Shown in pieces: positions 12,585 to 24,041 of a stretch of 64,000 nt of DNA. Below the pieces are notes generated by a model. It searched no databases. It was not told the origin of the DNA and worked only from the letters and a program-made list of their open reading frames with translations. The stretch is from Callorhinchus milii (Eukaryota), in NCBI RefSeq assembly GCF_018977255.1, contig NW_024704742.1, forward strand, positions 9,426,001 to 9,490,000, written 5' to 3'. The translations under genes were made by a program, and so were the position numbers. Numbering within the stretch: the stretch's first letter is position 1; each line of letters begins with the position of its first letter.

Positions 12585-12916
12585 GGAGTCCTGTAGCTCA
12601 GTGGTTAGAGCACTCGCTTTGCAAGCGAGAGACCTGAGTTCAATACCAGGCAGAGGGCGAAACCTTGGGGAAGTTTCCTTACTCCACACAGAGCCTAATA
12701 ATAATCCCTCCAAAACCAAAAACAATAATAAATTGGTCATTTTCAATCTACGACTGTTTGTGGGACATTGCTGTGCGCAATTGGCTGCCGCGTTCGCCCA
12801 CAAATATACAGTCAATTCACTTTACAGTGTGTTCTGTGAAGCGCTTTGGGACGTCCTCCCGACGTGAAAAGCGCTATATCAAATGCAAGGATTATTATTA
12901 TTATTATTATTATTAT
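12585..12916 (+). mobile_element. young tRNA-Ala-derived SINE, short subfamily
   Basis: Nearly identical to the copies at 18831, 31529, 54181 and 59778; A-box TAGCTCAGTGG, anticodon arm CTCGC-TTTGCAA-GCGAG, (TTA)n tail. Confidence 0.93.
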
Positions 12917-12919
12917 CAT

Positions 12920-14216
12920 ACTCAACCTGGCTCAGTATGTTTTGAGCCCAACGAGGAAGGAAGCAGTGCTGGATCTAGTTCTGGGGAATGAAGTGGGGCA
13001 AATGGAGCAGGTTTCAGTAGGAGAGCATCTGGACAATAGTGATCACAATATCATTAGGTTGAAAGTACTTATGGAAACAGACAGGGAGCAATCAAAGGTG
13101 ACGATACTCAACTAGAAGAGGCCTAATTTCAGTGAGTTAAAAAGGGACCTAGCCAAGGTGCACTGGAAAGAAAGATTGGCAGATAAAACAGCTAATGAGC
13201 AATGATGATAGTTCGGAAACAGAACAAATACATTCCAGCAAAGGGGAAAGGTAGGGCATCCAAACCTCCTTGGATGAATAAGGAAATTGGAATTAAAATA
13301 AAATGGATAAAGGAAGCTTATGATAAATGTTAGGTCCAAAATACAGAAGATAATCAAATAGAATATAGAAAGTACAGAGGAGAACTGAAAAAAGGAAATA
13401 AGAAGGGCAAAAAGATTGTATGGGAAAAGATTATTAGGAAACATAAAAGGGAACCCTAAGGTATATTATAAGCATACAAAGAATAAAAGGTTAGTCAAAG
13501 GTAGGGTGGGTCCAATTAGGGACTAAAGAGGAAATTTTCTTGTAGAGGCAGAGGGCTTGGCTGACGTACTGAATGAATACTTTGCGTCTGTCTTCATAAA
13601 AGAAGAGGATGCAGCCAATGTTACAGTATTGGAGGAGAGGTAGATAAATAGGATAAGTTAAGAATAAACTGAGAGGACGTACTAAAAAGGTTGTCAAGGT
13701 AGATAAGTCACCCGGTCTGGATGGGATGCATCCTAGGCTACTGAGGAAAGTAAGGTTGGAAATAATGGAGGCTCTGGTCCCAATCATTCAATCCTCCTTG
13801 GACACTAGGGTGGTGCCAGAGGACTGGAGGGTTGCAAATGTTACTGCTCTGCACAAAAAGGGGCAGAAGGATAAACCCAGGAACTACAGGCAAGTCATCT
13901 TAAAGTCAGTAGTGAGAAAACTTCTAGAGACTATAATCCGGGACAAAATAAATTAAATAAATAAACAAAAGAAAAATAGGGGAGATTAGGAGATATTTTT
14001 TCACACAGCGAGTTGTTCTGATCTGGAATGCATTGCTTGAAGGGGTGGTGGAAGCTGATTCGATAACAACTTTTAAGAGAAAAGTAGATAATTATTTGAG
14101 GAGGACAAGTTTGCAGGGCTATGGGGTTGATTTAGGTAGCTCTTTTCAAAGAACCGACACAGGCACGATGGGCCGAATGGTCTTCTTCTGTGCTGTATAA
14201 TTCTATGATTCTATGA
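12920..14216 (+). mobile_element. CR1 LINE fragment, internally deleted at about 13960
   Basis: PTRKEAVLDLVL and SDHNII (endonuclease end), KSPGLDGMHPRLL and VPEDWRVANVT..NYR (RT start); ends with the CR1 tail GATGGGCCGAATGG...ATTCTATGATTCTATGA. Confidence 0.92.
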
Positions 14217-14244
14217 TACTGTAGACTCCTCTGTTGTATTTGCA

Positions 14245-15290
14245 GCCTCTTCAATATCTATATGCTCCCTCTTGGTGACATCATCCGCAGACATGGGAAA
14301 ACTTTCACATGTATGCGGATGACACCCAACTCTACCTCTCTGCCTCCACCCTCGACTCCAGGATCATGCTGTGCTGACACAATGTCTGTCAGACATCAAG
14401 TCCTGGATGAGAACCAACTTTCTTCAGTTGAACATCAACAAGACCGAGGCTCTCCTGATTGGCTCCCGTCAGTGCCTCCTCACCTCAGGCGCTGACAGCA
14501 TCACCATCCATGGTTACACACTCCACCTTACTAAGCCGGCCGGAACCTTGGGGTCTTGTTTGACCCTCAAGTATCCTTTCTACCCCACAGCTGTGCCATG
14601 ACCCGCTCTGCCTTCCCCCACCTCCGCAACGTCGCCGGGCTCAGACACTGTCTCACACCACAGGCCGTCAAAACCCTCATACATGCTTTCATTACATCGA
14701 GGCTCGACTATGCAAACTCACTCTTGTTGGCCTCCGCAACTCCTCCCTCCACAGGCTGTAGATCATCCAGAACTCTGCAGCCCGTATCCTCTCCCGCACT
14801 AGACTCCGCGACCCTATCACCCCCATCCTTGCCCAACTCCACTGGCTTCCCATCACACAGAGGATACAGTTAAAGATCCTGGTCCTCACCTCCAAAGACT
14901 TCCATGGTCTTGCTCCCCACTACTTTTACGACCTCCTAAACCCCTTCCACCCTTTACGCTCTCTCCGCTCAGCAAGCTCCGGCCTGCTTCATGTCCCCCG
15001 CCTTGCTCGCCCCAATATTGGCGGGCGGGCCTTCCGCCACTCTGCCCCCATCCTCTGGAACTCCATCCCGCAGTCCTTCCATCTCGCCCCCTCCCTTGCC
15101 ACCTTCAAGACCCACCTCAAGACCTTCCTCTTCGACCGTGCTTTTGATCTCCCTGCTTCCCCCCATGCCACCCACCCTCCCCCACCCTGACCCCCAGCTC
15201 GGGTCCGTAACTCTGTCTGTCCAGCGCCTTGGGACGTTCTCCCGATGTGAAAGGCACTTTACAAATGTAATTTTGTTGTTGTTGTTTGAT
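14245..15290 (+). mobile_element. 5'-truncated L2 LINE (frameshifted)
   Basis: [30 protein letters not shown] (HMYADD), SRLDYANSLL; tail stem-loop and (TTG)n. Confidence 0.93.
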
Positions 15291-17489
15291 TGATGATTCG
15301 AATCTAATTGGTGATATTTTCAACCCCAAAGCCTTCAATTAATACAAACAATCCAGTTTGCAAATGTTGTGAATTGGACCTCACTGTTAAAGCGTGTTCC
15401 AATTTAAGGCCAGGTTTATCTTGTGCAATTAGGTGAGTGCCCAAGTTCTTCTCACACAGAATGCTTTCATCTCATCATCAGTGTAGAGGAGATGCTTACC
15501 CAAGTCTTAGAGATGAAAGGATGCTATTGTAAACTACTCAGCCACTAGTCCAAAACATAGCTCCTTTCATGCGTTACACTTAAAATAATGATAATTGCAC
15601 TTGCCTTGATACGTCAAAGTTCTTGAAATGTTTCCCAGAATTGGTAACCTTGGCAGCTATGTAGACAACAGAGGCAGCTGAACTTGCACAGGCAACGCTC
15701 CACCAACAGGGATGAAATGAATGGCCACACTTTGTTTGTATTTTGTAGGAGAATTCAAGTGAAAGAGGGAGTTAGCCAGGTAAACTTGGCTGACTCCCTC
15801 CTCACCTTCAAATCCCACCCAAATTACTTTTTAATCGTACTTACAGTCACCTCCCTCCTCCCTCGCTTTGTCAGACTCTTTGTCAGACTCTGCCACTGTG
15901 AAGCACCCCAGGATGCCACCTCGAGTAAAGCGCACTATATAAATGCAAGTTGTCGTTGTTGACTCCCAGCTTAAAAATAGTGGCATGAGATGTTTAAAGT
16001 CTGCCCTGAAGCAGCAGAACAGGCAGATAGAACCATAGTTCTAATTTCCATCCAAATGATGGCACCTTCAATGATGTCAAAGCACCATTATTGGAGGACA
16101 GCACCACCAATAATCAGCAATACCAACAACAACAGCTTATGTTTATATACAGGTGGTGCCTAGTTTCTCAGAGCACTGAACAATGTGAGTTGAACACCAA
16201 AGAGGGTGGAGAGTGGGTGGCCATACGCACATTTGAAGAGGGAAATCTTATAAGACTCCCCTGGAAAGTCACACCAGATTATGAGCTCAAGTCCTGAGTT
16301 GGGGCTTGAACTCGTTACGTTCTGAGCAAGAGTCAATACTGTGATCAATGTAGCCAGACTTGCAAAAAATGCTTAACAATTACAGCCTCCTTGATATAGA
16401 ATATACACATAATTTAGGATAGTTAAAGATGATTCTAACCCTATGATTAAATACAATTTGCAGATTAACTACTTGTTAAATACTGGATCCACCAATAATA
16501 TGGCTGTTGGGTGGATTGATTGTCAAACCAAAGATATTAGTGTTGTATCCTTGTGGTACTTGCAGTGTCAGTGCTATACCTGAACTACCTCCTATTACTG
16601 AGTCTCTATGTTGTTGAATCATGCTGATTTTGCAAAAAAAAGTAGCATCAGTCAGGATGGCCAGTTGAAGAATAGTGTATGAGCAATAACAAGAACAACA
16701 AATTACATGTTGTATTGCGACTTTCACGTCGGGAGGACGTCCCAAGGAGCAAAAGTCTGCTGTTCTACCCTCCTCCCCAGGACAGGCTCACAAAGAAGAA
16801 GCTGTGGCCCCAGATGGGAGTGGATCACACTGATTGACTATACGGTTCTTTCCAGCCTTTACAGTTAGGCTCTGTTATGAGAAACACCTATAAGTAGCAC
16901 TCGGGTAATGTAATGATTGCATGTAACTCAAGTCTTGTTCCTATCACTTCACAGGTCAAACCTGGCGTACGTACATAATCTTTAAATTGCCTCAGTGATT
17001 TTTTTGATTTTTTTTCTGATATGTGCGGAAACTGTATATTTTGTGCTTGTCCCACAGTCAATTTCTCCCATATAGTATATTCTGGAGGATCTTTGAGACG
17101 TTTTAACAACGTGATAAGGCGCTATATCAAATGCAAGGATTATTATTATTAGATCTATCACCTTAAGCTTAAGAATATCCAAAGTAGACTGAGACTTCTG
17201 TGCCTGTATGCCACCTACCATGTCTCTGAATGGATCCAGTTTCACTTTGGATTCAGCACTCACTGGCAGTTAATAACCCGGGGTACTGTAAAGCGAAAGG
17301 AGTTTCACGTGCAGAAATCTTTCAATCATATGGTAATTTCAAAACTACTCACCTTCTAGGAACATGGTATGAATCATCATTCATTGTTTAAGAGTTACAT
17401 GTTACATATTCTGAGATGTAATCAAACTGCAACTATGTCACAGAACAGATATTCAGTATTTTTCTCACAGAGGTTATGTGCCATTTTAG

Positions 17490-18070
17490 GTATCAGCCTG
17501 GTTCAGTGGTAGTAAGCTCGCATTTGAGGCAGAAGGTTGTGGGTTCAAATCTCGTGTCAAGACTTGGAATACATATAATATATTCATATACATTAAACCG
17601 AGGTCCCATCTGCCTGTTCAGGCAATGTCAAATATCCCATAGCACCAATCGAAAAGACAAGGGAGTTTCCCCAGTGCCCTGGCCAACAATCTCCAAATAA
17701 AATTAGTCATTCGCTTCACGGCTGTTTATAATAATAATATAATCCTTGCATTTGGTATAGCGCTTTTCACGTCTTCTAGACATCTCAAAGAGCTTCACAG
17801 AATAGACTGTAAAGTGAATTGACTGTATACTTGTGTGCGAAACTCAGCAGCTAATTGCTCACAACAGTGTCCCACAAACAGTCGTGGATTGAAAATGACC
17901 AATTTATTATTATTTTTGTTTTTGGAGGGATTATTATGATGTTTGTGTGTACACATTGCTGTGTACAAATTGGCTCCTTCAAACACCCACAAAAAATCAC
18001 AATCACTACATTTGACACTTTCCTGTGAAGCGTTTTGAGTCATATCAATGACGTGAATTACGTTATATGG
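17490..18070 (+). mobile_element. Deu-type SINE interrupted by a minus-strand short SINE at 17729-17940
   Basis: Head TCAGCCTGGTTCAGTGGTAG..AGAAGGTTGTGGGTTCAAATC and Deu-like domain; the 3' domain resumes at 17941 (GTTTGTGTGTACACATTGCTGTG). Confidence 0.7.
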
Positions 18071-18830
18071 ACTTGTAGAAACTCAGTTACAACTCTATCT
18101 ACTTCCCTACCGTTCTTTGAGTGATGTATGTGACATATTTGCAGTTACCTGGAAACATGAGTTTGTTTTTTCTTTAACTAAAGAATCACATTTTGAGATG
18201 GGTGACTAAGAACATTGTATTTGTCACAAAATATACAATCAATTCACTTTACAGTGTACTCTGCGAAGTGTTTGACAAGGCGCTATATCAAATGCAAGGA
18301 TTATTATTGTAACGGGTATGGGGTCGCGGTTACTCTAAACCTTCTCTCAAAGATTTGTTGCAACTTATTCAAAACAATTCTAAAAGTTTTAAGCCATAAA
18401 ATATATTCTTTTTCAGGTCGTTTTCAACAAGTAGCACGAGATATATGTCCATAAAGCACCAGAAAAGTGTCCATAATTTAAGTTTTTCTCACAGTAACTC
18501 AATAAAGTTTCTTTACTATCATCATATACTTTGTTTTCTTCAAGTGATTGTGGATAATGTGGGAGGTCATTTGCCATCATAGTTATTTGTGTTTCTGTAC
18601 AACAGCTGGTAGTTTATTTATTTACTCTGCACAAGAGTGAGCCAGGCTAATGAACTCTGGCCATAATTCTTTCTTTATCCAACTCCCGTCCCCCTACCCC
18701 ATCCCAAAAAAATTAGATCAATTGGTTGTTTGAGCAATTGTCATTTTATTGGATTTGGCTGGCACAGACTGATTACTGCATTTTCTCTACATTCAGTAGA
18801 GAAACCAACTTCTTCTGTTAAACAGTTTGT

Positions 18831-19152
18831 GGAGTCCTGTAGCTCAGTGGTTAGAGCACTCGCTTTGCAAGTGAGAGACCTGAGTTCAATTCCTGGCAGA
18901 GGGCGAAACCTTGGGCAAGTTTCCTTACTCCACACAGAGCCTAATAATAATCCCTCCAAAACCAAAAACAATAATAAATTGGTCATTTTCAATCCACGAC
19001 TGTTTGTGGGACATTGCTGTGCGCAATTGGCTGCCGCGTTCGCCCACAAGTATACAGTCAATTCACTTTACAGTGTGTTCTGTGAAGCGCTTTGGAACGT
19101 CCTCCCGACGTGAAAAGCGCTATATCAAATGCAAGAATTATTATTATTATTA
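18831..19152 (+). mobile_element. young tRNA-Ala-derived SINE, short subfamily
   Basis: Full-length; probable TSD TTAAACAGTTTG (18818-18829) / TTAAACACTTTG (19150-19161). Confidence 0.93.
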
Positions 19153-19574
19153 AACACTTTGCAGTGTTTCAACATGGTTAGCTGCTATATTAAACGCAAG
19201 GTTTGCTTTACTTAGTTATTCAAGACCATTAAACCAAAGTCTCACCTGCCATGTGGACATTAAAAGATTCCGTCGCACTATTTCAAAGGATCCGAGGGAA
19301 CTTCCCATTGTTTCTTCCCCTTTTTATACATCAAATATTCTTAATTAGACAGTGAGTTTTGATGATATATTCAGTTGTCTGTGACAACTTATTATATTGT
19401 GTGAAAGATCTTTCAGCTATTGGATCTCATCCTTTAAGAACATTCACCCTACTGTCTCCCCCAAGTTGTCCGAAATACTGCGGGCAGTGAAATCTGCTCC
19501 AATTCAGTTTCACCAAAAGTTACTATCAATCGGTTGTAAAGCTGAAAGGCAGGCAAAGTCAGGCAACCTTGATG

Positions 19575-19975
19575 TTAAAATAACAACAACTTTTATTTAT
19601 ATAGCACCCCTCACGCAGGGTAGTGTCCCAGACCACTTGATAATGGAGGAGCACGATGCCAAACCGGGGGGAGGGGGAGGTGACCTTAGGCACAGTTGAA
19701 TAGGAAGGTCTTCAGGTGCGATCTGAAGATGGGGAAGGAAGGGGAAAGACGGTGGGATGGAAAAGAGCGTTCCAGAGTTTCGAGGCGTAGTGGCTGAAAG
19801 CGCAGTCACCAATGGTGGAATGGAGGGCACAAGGGACATGCAGGAGGCAGGAGCCAGTCGAGTGGAGGTAGCGGGTTGTGGGTTGCGGGGGAAGCAGGTC
19901 AGAGAGGTAGGGAGGTGCCAGGGCATGCAGGGGTTTGAAAACGAATGCGAGGATGCTGAAATCGATCTATTCGGT
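19575..19975 (-). mobile_element. L2-related 3' fragment (older subfamily)
   Basis: Minus strand gives a decayed C-terminus (TIGD.AFSHYAS.LWN) and the tail variant GTGAGGGGTGCTATATAAAT. Confidence 0.75.
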
Positions 19976-20920
19976 GATGTGGGGGAGGAAGGACAGCTGT
20001 GGGTCAGTTGTTTAAATGCTTTAACGAATTTTTAAATGAATCACGTAAGTGTTTCAACAAGAGTTCTCCTCATGAAGGTATTTCTTCCACTTGAGTCGCT
20101 CTTGTCGTAGGAGTTGAGTAAATGAGTGAGTCAGTGGGAAGTTTACTTCAGTTGAATTGATGCGGTGGCAATTCCGATCTTATTCATCGGTTTGTTTTAT
20201 TTGCATGAAGAATACAAATAATGTCTAATTACAAAATTGGAAATGAAATCAGAGAGGATCTTGAGATCATATCTAATAATCAATGCATTTGATATAATGC
20301 CTCATCATGCCATCGAGAAGTTTCAAAGCACTTGCACAGAATTTTGTCCGTAAACACGGAAGCCAATTTATGTACAGCAAATGCCCCACAAACAGCCATG
20401 GAGTGATTGTTCAATTGTATTTGGGGAATGGTTGAACAGGACACACAAGGGCTTGGGTTGAGTTCAGAACACAATATGAGTTTGAATTCAGGTTGATTTG
20501 AACTTACTCCAGTTTGAAGAATACAAATAATAATAATAATCCTTACACTTTTGGTATAGTGCCTTTCATACTGTTATAATTTTGGCACAGCAATGTCCTC
20601 ACAAACAGCCGTGAAGCGAGTGACCAATTTTATTTGGGGGATTGTTGACCAGGACTCTGGTCTTTTTGAATAATATCATCTTTAATACCATCTTTAATGG
20701 TATCTTTAATGTCCACCTGAACAGACAGACGGGCCTAGATTTAGCACATCATCCAAAGGACATCACCTCCAACAATGAGACACACATCCATCACTGCATT
20801 GGAGTGTTAGCTTTTGGCTGTATGAGTTCCAAGTCCCACTGACACTCAATTTATGATGTTTGTGTGAAGTGATGATCCCATTCCACAACACTGTGACAGC
20901 AGTACCCTATTGTGCAATGT

Positions 20921-21303
20921 GGAGCCCTCTGTAGCTTCATGGTTAGAGCACTCTCCTCGCAAGCGAGAGATCTGGGTTTAATTCCCGGCAGGGCGAAACA
21001 TTGGGCAAGTTTCCTTATTCCACATGCACCAACAACAACAACATGCCTCTGTTTACCCAGCGCTAAGTAGGAACCCGGTTGTTAGTCGATTGGTGGATCG
21101 CTTTTCCGGGGGTAATAATTCCTTCAAAAATATATAACAATAAATTGGTCACTCAACCCACGACTGTTTGTGCGACACTGCTGTGTGCGATTGGCTGCCA
21201 CGTTTTGCCCACAAAATATACAGTCAATTCACTATACAGTATATTCTGTGAAGCGCTTTGAGACGTGATAAGGTGCGATATCAAATGCAAGGATTAATAT
21301 TAT
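20921..21303 (+). mobile_element. tRNA-derived SINE, long subfamily
   Basis: Head, middle (with a small CAA insertion) and tail are all present. Confidence 0.88.
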
Positions 21304-21994
21304 GTCCCTTTTCAGGAATAACTTGGTTAGCTTTAGACTAACTGATAACAGAACATAATTTTGTCCAAATTAATTTTGGAATCTCAACCCTACTTTATGT
21401 TTCCTAACCTTTTCAATAAAAAAGGGCGGAACTGAACAGTAATGGACCATTTACTGACCTGAAGCTTTTGTCCAAAAATACTCTACGATCATATGTGCAA
21501 ATTCCTTCCTTGTTACGCCTGAGGCCCTGAACGTCCAGTCAGTGTTGTGATAATATATCTTGTTATTTTAGTAAGTGGCTTGATTTCGCTGTTTTTCCAG
21601 TGGGTGTTCAAATGCCATCCTGCCCGCCTGCCTGGGGGAAGATGTAGGTTTCCTACCCTGTTATTCTCCTGTTGTCAGTCAGTGGAAGAATGAGTGGCTA
21701 TTTTATATATAGAATAACACAGATAGGAATGGGGTGTACAACAGAAAATCAAGATAGCATCGAAACCGGCAAGAGTGGGGTTCTGACAATTTCAAACAAA
21801 ACTACCTAAATCCAAGTGCTTATAAAACACATTCCCATGCGTGACACTTTATTGTAAGCACTAAGTAGTTTACTGAAGGTTTTTTACTGAAGGTAAGATA
21901 TAGGTTCCATATCGGAAGGACATCCCAAAGCACTTCACGGGATATACTGTAAAGTGTAATGACTTTGTTTTGTGGGCGAAACTGTTATGTTTCT

Positions 21995-22360
21995 GGAGTC
22001 TTGTCGTTTAGTCGTTAGAGCACTAGCCTCGCAAGCGAGAGGACCTGGGTTTGATTCCCGGGCAGGGCAAAACGTTGGATAAGTTTCCTTACTTCACATG
22101 CGTCTGTTTACCTTAGCAGTAAGTAGGAACCTGGCTGTTAGTCAATTGGCGGATCATTCTTCTCGGGGTAATCATCCCTTAAAAAAATGATAATTTGGTC
22201 ACTCAATCCACTTTGTGGGACACTGCTGTGCACAATTGGCTGCTGCCTTTGGCCACAAAATATAACCCCAATACACTTTGCAGTAGATTCTGTGAAGCAC
22301 TTTCTCGAAGACATGATAAGTCGCTATATCAAATGCAAGGATTATTATTATATATTATTA
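21995..22360 (+). mobile_element. tRNA-derived SINE, long subfamily
   Basis: GGAGTCTTGTCGTTTAGTCGTTAGAGCAC head through to ATCAAATGCAAGGATTATT. Confidence 0.88.
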
Positions 22361-22789
22361 TGTTCCTGTAACCCTATTTGTGGTTCAAACTGAAATGGTA
22401 CTGATACTGAAATAATAGTTTTATTTCTTCAGATGTTGCAGGGAAATTGTACGCACTTGCTGGCCAGTATTCAGCAAGCTTTCTGGTTCTGTGCCAGCAT
22501 GGCAAAGAATAATACTGAACACAACTAAACGGAATGGGTGGTCAAAGAAAAACTATGACTACACTACAATACATGATGCAACCTCTGATATGTTCCAGAA
22601 TGCAATTGGAGATTGAGAGACCATTAAAGCATACCACCCTCTCCATGGGGTACCTTTATCTGCTTGAGGTCTCCAATTTCAATGTGAAATAGGAATCTAG
22701 AACATTCAACAATAACACCTTGCATTTATATAGCATCCTCCATGCAGGGCAGCATCTCAGAGCCCATTCATTATTATAGAATCAGCTGG

Positions 22790-23050
22790 CTCTGTTAGTA
22801 GCAATGCCAACTCGCCTTTTCTGCCACACCCTCTGGATCTCCATCCAGGAATCCCTCCGCCTCACCCCCCCTTACCTCCTTGAAGGCCCATCTTAAGACC
22901 ATATTTTCAGCATCCTTCCTGCCCACCTACCCTCCACTCCTCTTGATTCCAACTCCCAGCTCAGGTGCAAACCCTTCAATGGCCAGTGCCTTGGGATGTC
23001 CTTCCAAAGTGAAAGGCACTACATAAATGTAATTTTGTTGATGTTGTTGC
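22790..23050 (+). mobile_element. L2 3' fragment
   Basis: Ends CAGTGCCTTGGGATGTCCTTCCAAAGTGAAAGGCACTACATAAATGTAATTTTGTTG. Confidence 0.75.
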
Positions 23051-23371
23051 CATCTTTCAGACCAAAGATTGTGGGTTCAGGCCCCTATGTCAGGGCTTTA
23101 AGATCATAATCTGAACTGACCCTGCAATGTAGTATGGTGTGCGTGCTGTGTTGTTGGAGGTGTTGTCCTTCAATAAGACGACCTGCCTGCTTGTTCAGAT
23201 GGAGGTTAAATATCAAATGTGATTATTTGAAAAGAGAAGGGAGTTTTTCCTGGAGTCCTTGCCCACAATCCCTCAGTTAAAAAAAAATGGTCATTCACTT
23301 AATAATTGCTTGTGTAACTTTGTTGTGTGCAAATTGGCCTCTGTGTCCAAATTGGCTTCACCAGTAAAGTT

Positions 23372-23825
23372 ACCCAGAGGATCGAATTCAAGATCCTCAT
23401 CCTCACCTACAAGGCCATTCACGGCTTTGCTCCCTCCTACCTCTCCGACCTACTATCCCCCTACCTACCTACCCGTACCCTCCGTTCCTCTGGCTCCGGT
23501 CTGCTGCACATCCCCCGCCCCAACCGCCCTACCATCGGTGGCCGGGCCTTCAGCCTCTCAGCCCCTAGGCTCTCAGCCCCTAGGCCCAGTGCCTTCGCCG
23601 CCTCCTCCCTTTCCTCCTTCAAGGTCGGTCTCAAGACCTTTCTCTTTGACCGTGCCTTCAGCTCCCCTCTCAACTCTCTACCCCCTCCTCGCTCCCTCCC
23701 TTCCCTCCCCTCACCCTGACCATTTCCCCCCTGCTCGGGTCCTGACCCAACTGTACAGTGCCTTGGGACGTCCTCCTGACGTGAAAGGTGCTCAATAAAT
23801 GGAATCTTGTTGTTGTTGTTGTTGT
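23372..23825 (+). mobile_element. young 5'-truncated L2 LINE
   Basis: QRIEFKILILTYKAIHG..PSYLSDLL..PTIGGRAFS; tail stem-loop and (TTG)n; inserted in a Deu-type SINE remnant at about 23050-23370. Confidence 0.93.
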
Positions 23826-24041
23826 ACAACAACAACAACAACAAGATTCCATTTATAAAGCGCCTTTCACGTCAGGAGGACGTCCCAAGGCGCTGCACAG
23901 TTGGGTCATGACCCGAGCAGGGGGGAAATGGTCAGGGTGAGGGGAGGGAGGGAGCGAGGAGGGGGGAAATGGTCAGGGTGAGGGGAGAGAAGGGAGGGAG
24001 CGAGGAGGGGAAGAGAGTCGAGAGGGGAGCTGAAGGCACGG

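Noticed and set aside
12585..12660. tRNA-Ala(TGC) gene (cloverleaf-like, with A and B boxes), also at many other sites
   Set aside because: Always fused to the same SINE body and LINE-type tail, with decayed copies and variable anticodons; these are SINE heads.
21601..21643. 43-nt plus-strand exon candidate (TTTTTCCAG ... GAT|GTAGGT)
   Set aside because: Modest donor, not frame-preserving, unrecognised peptide; not distinguishable from chance.
23259..23798. 179-aa and overlapping ORFs, and similar Ser/Pro-rich ORFs across the L2 copies
   Set aside because: Alternate-frame or antisense shadows of C-rich L2 sequence.
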